Shown here piece by piece: positions 56,412-64,000 of a DNA stretch of 64,000 nucleotides. The notes beneath the pieces were generated by a model that was given only the letters and a program-made list of their open reading frames with translations, did not search any database and was not told the origin of the DNA. Origin of the DNA: Bacillota bacterium (lineage in GTDB: Bacteria; Bacillota; Dehalobacteriia; UBA4068); NCBI GenBank assembly GCA_030527285.1, contig JAUNBC010000006.1, positions 1,259 through 65,258 of the forward strand, in the 5' to 3' direction. Each line of letters starts with the position of its first letter. The first letter of the stretch is position 1. Made by a program: the position numbers and the translations under genes.

Positions 56412-57743
56412 ATGCTCTTGATCGAAAACGCCCGCCTGCTCACCCGCGACCCCGCCCGCCCCTATATCGAGCACGGCGCGCTGCTGATCGACGGCAAGCT
56501 GATCGCCGCCGTCGGCGATAAGGCCGAGCTTGCGACCGCGCCGCCGTCCGCCGAGCGCATCGACGCGCGCGGGCGGCTGGTGATGCCGGGGCTGATCAAC
56601 GCCCATCATCATATCTACTCGGCGCTGGCGCGCGGCATGGCGATCGACGGCTATGCGCCGCGCGGCTTCCTCGACATACTGTCCGGGCTGTGGTGGCGGC
56701 TCGACCGCGCGCTCGGGCTTGACGACGTACGTATCTCCGCCCGGCTCAACGCCATCGACTGCATCAAATGCGGCGTGACCACGATCTTTGACCATCATGC
56801 CAGCTATGGCGCGGTGGAGGGCAGTTTATTCGTCATTGCCGAGGAATTGCAGGCCGCCGGTCTGCGCTCGGCGCTGTGCTATGAATTATCCGACCGCGAC
56901 GGCGCAGGCAAGGCGCAGGCCGCCTTTGCCGAGAACCTCGACTTCATCCGCCACGCCGCCGCCGATGACAGCGATACGCTGTACGCGCTGTTCGGCCTGC
57001 ACGCCTCCTTCACCCTCTCCGACGGCAGCATCAGCCGCGCGGTGCAGGATATACCCGCCGGCGTAGGCTTCCATATCCACGTCGCCGAGGGGGCGGACGA
57101 TCTGCTGCACGCGCAGCGCTTCCATGACTGCCGCGTGGTCGAGCGCCTGCATAGATCAGGCGTGCTCGGCCCCAAGACCATCGCCGCCCATTGCATACAC
57201 GTCGACGAGCATGAGTTAGAGCTGCTCAAGGACAGCGATACGATGATCGTGCATAATCCGCAAAGCAATATGGGCAACGCCGTGGGCTGCCCGCCGCTGC
57301 CGCAAATGCTCAAAAGCGGCCTGCTGGCAGGGCTGGGCACCGACGGCTACACCGCCGATATGCTGGAGAGCATGAAGGCCGTACCGCTGCTGCATAAGCA
57401 TGACAGCGGCGATTGCGCCGCCGCCAATGACGCGGCAGAGCTGCTGCTGTTCGCCAACAATCCGCGCATCGCCGCCCGCTATTTCCGCACCCCGCTCGGC
57501 GTGTTGCAGGCGGGCGCGGCGGCTGACGTGATCATCTGCGATTATGACCCGCCCACGCCGATGAGCGCCGCCAATGCCGGCGGACATCTGCAATTCGGCG
57601 TGGGCGGGCGCGACGTGTCCACCACCATTTGCGGCGGCCGCGTGCTGATGCGCGAGCGCCGGCTGACCGGCCTCGACGAGCAGGAAACCTGCGCAAAAGG
57701 CCGCGAGCAGGCGGCGGCCTTATGGCGGCGCGTCAACGCATAA
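56412..57743 (+). CDS. ssnA: Putative aminohydrolase SsnA
   Basis: PGLINAHHHIYSALARG, FGLHASFTLSD, HNPQSNMGN, LGTDG. Confidence 0.92.
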   Translation: MLLIENARLLTRDPARPYIEHGALLIDGKLIAAVGDKAELATAPPSAERIDARGRLVMPGLINAHHHIYSALARGMAIDGYAPRGFLDILSGLWWRLDRALGLDDVRISARLNAIDCIKCGVTTIFDHHASYGAVEGSLFVIAEELQAAGLRSALCYELSDRDGAGKAQAAFAENLDFIRHAAADDSDTLYALFGLHASFTLSDGSISRAVQDIPAGVGFHIHVAEGADDLLHAQRFHDCRVVERLHRSGVLGPKTIAAHCIHVDEHELELLKDSDTMIVHNPQSNMGNAVGCPPLPQMLKSGLLAGLGTDGYTADMLESMKAVPLLHKHDSGDCAAANDAAELLLFANNPRIAARYFRTPLGVLQAGAAADVIICDYDPPTPMSAANAGGHLQFGVGGRDVSTTICGGRVLMRERRLTGLDEQETCAKGREQAAALWRRVNA

Positions 57744-57793
57744 CCGGCTCCGCTGCTCACTCCGACGCAAACGCTTTTGAAGGAGGACACTCG

Positions 57794-60700
57794 ATGACAA
57801 ATAGAACCGATCTCATGCAGCCGCCGTCGTTCGCGGAACTGCTGCGCTGGCTGCGCGGCGAGTATCAGCGCCGGGGCACGGTATTCGGCGTTAAGCCCGT
57901 ACCCCAGTCCGCGCGCCATATCAGGCTGTACGATACGCCGGGACAGGGGTCCCCGCACGGCACAAAGCGCAGCGACTGCCGGGTGGGGTTTGGCCATGAC
58001 GCCGTTTATGGACAGTCTCTCGTCCAGTTAGACAACGTAATAGGCCCCGCCGCCGGCCCCCACAGCCAGTTAGCCCCCAACATCATCGCCGCCTATGCCG
58101 CCGGCGCGCGCTTCTTTGAGCTGAAAACCGTACAGGTGCTCGACGGCGAGGACTTGCCGGTGGCCAAGCCCTGCATCAGCGCCGCCGACGAGGGCTATAA
58201 TGTCGAGTGGTCGACTGAATTGACCGTAGAGCAGGCGCTGGAGGAATATATCAAGGCGTGGTTCGCGCTGAAGCTGATCAGCCGTGAATGGCAGCTCGGC
58301 GATACGGACGGCTTCGCCTTCAATATCAGCGTCGGCTATGACTTGGACGGCATCCGTTCGCCCAAGGTGGACGGCTTCATCGAGGCGATGAAAAACGCCG
58401 CCGCTACGCCGGTCTGGCAGGAATGCCGCGCACAGGCGCTGGCTCTGAGCTGGCGGCGGCTTGACGCGGACTATATCGAGGCCGTCAGCCCGCGCGTCTG
58501 CTCGTCGGTGACGCTGTCAACGCTGCATGGCTGCCCGCCGGAGGAGATCGAGCGCATCGCCGCCTATCTGCTTGGCGAAAAGGGGCTTAACACCTATATC
58601 AAATGCAATCCGACGCTGCTCGGCTATGATTTCGTGCGCCGGCGCTGCGCCGAGCTCGGCTACGGCTATCTGCGCTTCGACGATCATCATTTCCGCGAGG
58701 ATCTGCAATTTGCCGACGCGCTGGCGCTGATCGCCCGCCTGCGCGCGCTGGCGGCGGAGTTGGGTCGGCAATTCGGGCTCAAGCTCTCGAATACGCTGCC
58801 GGTACAAAACGACGGCCGGACGCTATCCGGCGATGAAATGTATATGTCGGGGCGGGCGCTGTTCCCGCTGACCGTGGAGCTGGCGGCGCGCCTGCATCAT
58901 GCCACCGCCGGCGGCGCGCTGCCCGAGCTGCCGATCTCCTTCTGCGGCGGGGCGGACGCGCATAATATCGCCGCTCTTGCCGCCTGCGGCGTCAAGCCGG
59001 TCACCGTCGCCACCACGCTGCTCAAGCCGGGCGGCTATCAGCGGCTCAGCCAGCTGGCGGAGCTGCTGGACGGCGTCAGCCTGCCGTCCGCCATCGACGG
59101 CGCGGCGCTGTCCGCGCTGGCCGCCGCCGACGACGGTTATTACCGTCAGCCGCCGCGCCGTGAGCCTGCCGCCGCGCTGCCCGGCGCGCCGCCGCTGCTC
59201 GATTGCTTTGCCGCGCCCTGCGTGCAGGGCTGCCCGATACGGCAGCAGATACCCGCCTATCTGCGCGCGCTGGCAGCCGGCGATACGCCCGCCGCGCTGC
59301 GCATCATCAGCGAGCGCGACCCGCTGCCGCATCTGACCGCCGCGCTGTGCCCGCATCGCTGCACCCTCTCCTGCAATCGCCGCTTTTATGAGCGGGCCGT
59401 AGACATTCGCGGCTGCAAGCTGGCCGCCACGGCTGCGGCGGCCGCCATACTGCCCGAGCTGAGCTCGCCCGCGTACAATGGCCGCAAAGCTGCGGTGATC
59501 GGCGGCGGCCCCGCCGGTATGGCGGCGGCGATACTGCTGGCGCGAGAGGGATGGCAGGTGACGCTGTTCGAGCAAAGCGGCAGCCTGGGCGGCTTGGTGC
59601 GTCATACCATACCCGATTTCCGCATCAGCGGCGCGGCCATCGACGCGGACGCGGCGCAATTAACGGCGCTCGGCGTGGAGCTGCGCCTGCATACGCGCAT
59701 CGACGACCTGCAACAGCTTGCCGGCGGCGGCTATCAGCTGCTGATACTGGCCGTGGGCGCGGCCAAGCACGGCCAGCTGCGCCTCGCCGGAGGGCCAGCG
59801 CTCAACGCCGTCGATTTCCTGACGCGGCTGAAGAGCGGCGAGACGATGCGCTTAGGCAAGCATGTCGCGGTGATCGGCGGCGGCAATTCGGCCTTTGACG
59901 CGGCGCGCGCCGCCCGCCGTCTGCCCGGCGTGGACAGCGTCACCGTCGTCTACCGGCGCGACGTGGAGCAAATGCCGGCGGCGCTGGAGGAATTGCGGCA
60001 GGCTCTGGACGAGGGCGTGCGCTTCCTGCCGCTATGCTCGCCGTCCGCGCTCGCGGACGGGCTGCTGCATTGCGAGAAGACGCGGCTCGGCGCGGCGGAC
60101 GCTTCCGGACGCGCCGCCTTTTCCGCCAGCGGCGAGACGCTGGCTCTGCCCTGCGACAGCGTGATCGCCGCCGTGGGCGAGCAGATCGACGGCGAAGCAT
60201 ACCGCCGTCTCGGCATCGTTTGCGATGAGCGCGGCTATCCGCTGCTCGACGGCGATAACCGCGCCGTCTGGGACGCGGCGCATCAACAACTGCCGCCGCT
60301 GTACGTCATCGGCGACGGCGCGCGGGGTCCGGCGACTATTGTCGAGGCCATCGCCGACGCGCATCGGGCGCTGGGACATGACTTGAGCGCGCGCGGCAGC
60401 AACGCCGCTCATACCGGGCAAGCGCCGCGCGGCTACCTTGCGCCGCCCCTGCCGCAGGACGAGGCGCGCTGCCTCGACTGCGATACGCTATGCGCGCAAT
60501 GCGTGGAAAGCTGCCCCAATCGCGCCAATCTGCTGATCGAGGGCGCGGGCGGGCGGCAGATCCTGCATTTGGACGCGCTGTGCAATGAATGCGGCAACTG
60601 CGCCGCCTTTTGCCCCTATGAGGGCGCGCCGTACCGCGATAAGCTGACGCTATTCGCCGACCGCGCCGCTTTTAACGCCTCGGAGAATTACGGCTTCCTG

Positions 60701-60805
60701 CCGCTGGGCGGCGGCGAATACCTGCGCCGTCTGCCGGAGCATACCGATATTCAGGCATTACTGCATGACATAGAGCAGTTCTATCCCTATATCCTGCCGG
60801 AATAA
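57794..60805 (+). CDS. ygfK: Putative selenate reductase subunit YgfK-like Fe-S/flavin oxidoreductase
   Basis: GPAAGPHSQLA, ELKTVQ, KCNPTLLG, LKLSNT, YMSGRAL, GGGPAG, CAQCVESCPNRAN; RBS AGGAGG. Confidence 0.9.
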   Translation: MTNRTDLMQPPSFAELLRWLRGEYQRRGTVFGVKPVPQSARHIRLYDTPGQGSPHGTKRSDCRVGFGHDAVYGQSLVQLDNVIGPAAGPHSQLAPNIIAAYAAGARFFELKTVQVLDGEDLPVAKPCISAADEGYNVEWSTELTVEQALEEYIKAWFALKLISREWQLGDTDGFAFNISVGYDLDGIRSPKVDGFIEAMKNAAATPVWQECRAQALALSWRRLDADYIEAVSPRVCSSVTLSTLHGCPPEEIERIAAYLLGEKGLNTYIKCNPTLLGYDFVRRRCAELGYGYLRFDDHHFREDLQFADALALIARLRALAAELGRQFGLKLSNTLPVQNDGRTLSGDEMYMSGRALFPLTVELAARLHHATAGGALPELPISFCGGADAHNIAALAACGVKPVTVATTLLKPGGYQRLSQLAELLDGVSLPSAIDGAALSALAAADDGYYRQPPRREPAAALPGAPPLLDCFAAPCVQGCPIRQQIPAYLRALAAGDTPAALRIISERDPLPHLTAALCPHRCTLSCNRRFYERAVDIRGCKLAATAAAAAILPELSSPAYNGRKAAVIGGGPAGMAAAILLAREGWQVTLFEQSGSLGGLVRHTIPDFRISGAAIDADAAQLTALGVELRLHTRIDDLQQLAGGGYQLLILAVGAAKHGQLRLAGGPALNAVDFLTRLKSGETMRLGKHVAVIGGGNSAFDAARAARRLPGVDSVTVVYRRDVEQMPAALEELRQALDEGVRFLPLCSPSALADGLLHCEKTRLGAADASGRAAFSASGETLALPCDSVIAAVGEQIDGEAYRRLGIVCDERGYPLLDGDNRAVWDAAHQQLPPLYVIGDGARGPATIVEAIADAHRALGHDLSARGSNAAHTGQAPRGYLAPPLPQDEARCLDCDTLCAQCVESCPNRANLLIEGAGGRQILHLDALCNECGNCAAFCPYEGAPYRDKLTLFADRAAFNASENYGFLPLGGGEYLRRLPEHTDIQALLHDIEQFYPYILPE

Positions 60806-60822
60806 CCGAAAAAGGAGCTTCT

Positions 60823-63393
60823 ATGGTAGCATTCTCTCTCAACGGCCAGCCCGTCGCCACCACGCAGCAAGGCGACCTGCTGCATTTTCTCCGCGACGGC
60901 CTGCATTTGACCGCCGTTAAAGACGGCTGCTCCGAGGGCGCTTGCGGTGCTTGCACGGTACTGGTGGACGGGCGGGCGCGTCAGGCCTGCGCGCTGCCGC
61001 TGTCCGCCTTGGACGGCTGCACGGTGCTCACGCCCGAGGGTCTGACTGACGACGAACGCGAGCTGTACGCCGCCGCCTTTGCCGCCTGCGGCGCGGTGCA
61101 ATGCGGATTTTGCATACCGGGGATGATCATGTCGGCCAAGGCGCTGCTTGACCGCAACGCCTCGCCCACGCGCGCCGAGGTGCGGACGGCGATACGCCGC
61201 AATATCTGCCGCTGCACCGGCTATCAGAAGATCATCAAGGCGATACTGCTGGCGGCGGCGGTACGCCGCGGCGAGGCGGAGCTGCCGGACGTTCCCGCGG
61301 TGAGCGGCGTGGGAGCCGCCGTCCCCCGCCCCACGGCTAAAGACAAAGCGCGCGGAAACAGCCTGTTCGTCGATGATATGTACGCGGAGGGTATGCTCTA
61401 CGGCAGCGCCCTGCGCAGCGCCTATCCCCGCGCCATCGTGCTGTCCGTCGATGCGGAAGCGGCGCGCGCCCTGCCCGGCGTGGCCTGCGTATTGACCGCC
61501 GCCGACGTGCCGGGCGCAAATATCATCGGCCATCTGAAGAAGGATTATCCGGTGCTGATAGCCGCCGGCGAGCAGACGCATTTCCTCGGCGACGCCATCG
61601 CGCTGATCGCCGCCGATTCGCCGGAGGCTGTCGAGCAAGCCAAGCTGCTGATCAAGGTCGAGTACGAGCCGCTGCCGCCGCTGTTTTCCGCCGAGCAGGC
61701 CATGCTGAACAACGACGTTTTGCTCCATGACGACGGCAATCTGCTCACCCATCAGCGTTTGCGTCACGGCCAGCCGCAGGAGCAGTTAGCGCGCGCCGCC
61801 TATCGCGTCAGCAATATCTACCATCTGCCGCCTACCGAGCATGGCTTCCTCGAGACGGAGGCGGCGCTGGCTCTGCCGGCCGGCGGCGGCTTCGCCGTCA
61901 CCGTTTACAGCGGCGATCAGGGCGTGTACCAGACACGGCGCGAGCTGGCGGAAATGCTCGGCCTGCCCGAAGAGCAGGTGCGCGTGATCGCGGCGGCGGT
62001 GGGCGGCGGCTTCGGCGGCAAGGAGGACATGAGCGTACAGCATCACGCGGCGCTGCTGGCATATCATACGCGGCGGCCGGTCAAGGTCAGGCTGAGCCGC
62101 GACGAAAGCATGCTGATACACCCCAAGCGCCACGCCATGACCATCGAGATGACCAGCGGCTGCGACGAAAACGGCATCTTACTCGCGACCACGGCGCGGC
62201 TGATCTCCGATACCGGCGCTTATGCCTCGCTCGGTACGCCGGTATTGCAGCGCGCCTGCACGCATGCCGCCGGCCCGTACAATTACCAGCACAGCGAGAT
62301 CGAGGGCTTCGCCTACTATACGAACAATCCGCCGGCCGGCGCTTTTCGCGGCTTTGGCGTGACGCAGAGCTGCTTTGCCATGGAGTGTAATCTCAATCAG
62401 CTGGCGGAGCTGGCCGGTATTTCCGGCTGGGAGATACGCTGGCGCAATGCCGTGGCCGCCGGCGATATGCTGCCGAACGGCCAGCTGGCCGCCGCCAACA
62501 CCGCGCTCAAACAGACGCTGCTCGCCGTCAAGCCCTTCTATGACGCGCATCCCGGCGCGGGTATCGCCTGCGCCTTCAAAAACAGCGGCCTCGGCGTGGG
62601 CGTGCCGGATACGGGGCGCGCGCTGATCCGCGTCGAAGACGGCCAGGCGGTGATCTATTGCTCCGCCGCCGGCATCGGGCAGGGCTTGGACGCGGCGCTG
62701 ACGCAGATCGCAGTCAGCGCCTGCGGCCTGCCGCAGACGCTGCTGCGCCGCGCCGCTCCCGATACGGCGCTGGCTCCCGACAGCGGCAATACCACCGCCT
62801 CAAGGCAGACGGTGTTCAGCGGCGAGGCCGTGCGCCGTGCCGCCGCCGCTTTAGGCGCGGCGCTGCAACAGGCGGGCGGGCGGCTGACGGCGCTGGAAGG
62901 GCGCGAGTTCTACGGCGAATTCACCGCCGTCACCGACCCCATCGACTGCGACAAGGACGAACCCCAATACCATATCGCCTATTCCTATGCCACCCATGTG
63001 ACGGCGCTGGACGAGCAGGGACGGGTGACGGAGATCGTGGCTGCGCATGACGTGGGTACGGCGATCAACCCGCAGGCCGTGGAGGGGCAGATCGAAGGCG
63101 GCGTGCTGATGGGCATGGGCTATGCGCTGACCGAGGATATGGCCTTGGAGCAGGGAAAACCGAGCGTGAACTATGGGCGGCTGGGTCTGCTGCGCGCCGA
63201 GCAAGCGCCGCTGATCACCGCGCTGATCGTCGATAATCCCGACATCGACCCCGCCGAGCCGGCCTACGGAGCCAAGGGCGTGGGCGAGATCTCCGCCATA
63301 CCCACCGCCGCCGCGCTGCAAAACGCCTACTATAAGCGCGACGGCCTGTTCCGCACCTCGCTGCCGCTGACCGGCACCGCGTATAAAAAATAA
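60823..63393 (+). CDS. xdh: Selenium-dependent xanthine dehydrogenase (2Fe-2S plus molybdopterin domains)
   Basis: GCSEGACGAC, QCGFCIPG, CRCTGY, GGGFGGKED, AFRGFG, KGVGE; context ssnA-ygfK. Confidence 0.88.
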   Translation: MVAFSLNGQPVATTQQGDLLHFLRDGLHLTAVKDGCSEGACGACTVLVDGRARQACALPLSALDGCTVLTPEGLTDDERELYAAAFAACGAVQCGFCIPGMIMSAKALLDRNASPTRAEVRTAIRRNICRCTGYQKIIKAILLAAAVRRGEAELPDVPAVSGVGAAVPRPTAKDKARGNSLFVDDMYAEGMLYGSALRSAYPRAIVLSVDAEAARALPGVACVLTAADVPGANIIGHLKKDYPVLIAAGEQTHFLGDAIALIAADSPEAVEQAKLLIKVEYEPLPPLFSAEQAMLNNDVLLHDDGNLLTHQRLRHGQPQEQLARAAYRVSNIYHLPPTEHGFLETEAALALPAGGGFAVTVYSGDQGVYQTRRELAEMLGLPEEQVRVIAAAVGGGFGGKEDMSVQHHAALLAYHTRRPVKVRLSRDESMLIHPKRHAMTIEMTSGCDENGILLATTARLISDTGAYASLGTPVLQRACTHAAGPYNYQHSEIEGFAYYTNNPPAGAFRGFGVTQSCFAMECNLNQLAELAGISGWEIRWRNAVAAGDMLPNGQLAAANTALKQTLLAVKPFYDAHPGAGIACAFKNSGLGVGVPDTGRALIRVEDGQAVIYCSAAGIGQGLDAALTQIAVSACGLPQTLLRRAAPDTALAPDSGNTTASRQTVFSGEAVRRAAAALGAALQQAGGRLTALEGREFYGEFTAVTDPIDCDKDEPQYHIAYSYATHVTALDEQGRVTEIVAAHDVGTAINPQAVEGQIEGGVLMGMGYALTEDMALEQGKPSVNYGRLGLLRAEQAPLITALIVDNPDIDPAEPAYGAKGVGEISAIPTAAALQNAYYKRDGLFRTSLPLTGTAYKK

Positions 63394-63425
63394 ACCGCCG
63401 TCGCGCCTATAAACTACTGTTTACC

Positions 63426-63454
63426 TTGACATTTACCAAAAATTGCTTTATAGT
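63426..63454 (+). promoter_or_regulatory. Promoter of the DUF997-panF operon
   Basis: TTGACA-N17-TATAGT. Confidence 0.7.
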
Positions 63455-63490
63455 TGTTTTTATATTTTACAGCGGGTAAACGGAGGCATT

Positions 63491-63787
63491 ATGGAAAATA
63501 AACCGTCAAAACCGGATATCAAGGAGCTCAACCGCCAGCTGAATAAAGAAGCGCTGCTGACCCTCGGCCTGTATGCGCTGTTCTTTCTCTGGTGGTTCGG
63601 CATGGCCTACGGGCTGGCCGACTCACCGGCGCGCATCCTCGGGCTGCCGGCCTGGTTCTTTATGAGCTGCATCGTCGGCTGGCTGCTATGCTGCGCCGGA
63701 GTGACGGTGCTGGTCAAGAAATTCTTCCGTCCGCTCGATCTGACGCAATTCGAGCAGCCGGACGAGCGGGAGGACGGCGATGAATAA
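63491..63787 (+). CDS. YhdT/DUF997 family membrane protein
   Basis: Two TM helices; KEALLTL, GLPAWFFMSC; upstream of panF; RBS GGAGG. Confidence 0.85.
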   Translation: MENKPSKPDIKELNRQLNKEALLTLGLYALFFLWWFGMAYGLADSPARILGLPAWFFMSCIVGWLLCCAGVTVLVKKFFRPLDLTQFEQPDEREDGDE

Positions 63788-64000
63788 TCTGGCCTTGCTT
63801 CTGCCGCTGGCCGCCTACCTGGCGCTGATGCTGCTGATCGCCGCCCTGGTGACGCGCAAAAAGCATGCCGGCGGCTTCGTCGAGGAATACTTCATCGGCG
63901 GGCGCTCGCTGGGCGGCTTCGTGCTGGCGATGACGCTGATCGCCACCTTTGTCAGCGCGTCCAGCTTTATCGGCGGCCCGGGCGTCGCCTATTCCACCGG
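63780..64000 (+). CDS. panF: Sodium/pantothenate symporter, 5' part (runs off the window)
   Basis: Hand translation MNNLALLLPLAAYL...EEYFIGGRSLGGFVLAMTLIATFVSASSFIGGPGVAY. Confidence 0.88.
   Translation, partial: MNNLALLLPLAAYLALMLLIAALVTRKKHAGGFVEEYFIGGRSLGGFVLAMTLIATFVSASSFIGGPGVAYST

Noticed and set aside
56412-63393. Selenocysteine recoding in ssnA-ygfK-xdh
   Set aside because: The ORFs are uninterrupted and need no in-frame TGA; selenium in this enzyme class is a labile cofactor. The cluster is also a known purine-catabolism arrangement.

Overview
High-GC (about 60%) window from a Bacillota/Clostridia-type chromosome; GerMN and SpoIIQ-like genes suggest a spore former. The left 11.4 kb is an accessory surface-protein locus on the minus strand. 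It holds two paralogous vWA plus pilin-type-repeat sortase substrates, each directly behind a c-di-GMP-I riboswitch. It also has a SARP/BTAD regulator whose C-terminus is a degenerate GGDEF domain with an intact RxxD I-site, two members (61 aa and 149 aa) of one small uncharacterised protein family, and a conserved ATGTAAC-N7/8-GTAACTC promoter motif in three copies. I consider this c-di-GMP-linked module the best candidate for an undescribed system. The rest is mostly housekeeping and metabolism: lipid genes, apbE, thpR, transporters, rpmE, deoC, cstA, arcA, purA/purB, larC/larE, floA-nfeD, rpsU, ssnA-ygfK-xdh and panF. It is interrupted by small palindromic elements, one clearly and one probably inserted in frame inside an enzyme gene, and by a 1.7 kb AT-richer relic next to tRNA-Ala(CGC) that encodes a fragment of a phage-type polyvalent nuclease protein. 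No rRNA, CRISPR array, integrase or transposase was seen. All calls come from reading the sequence; no database searches were run.
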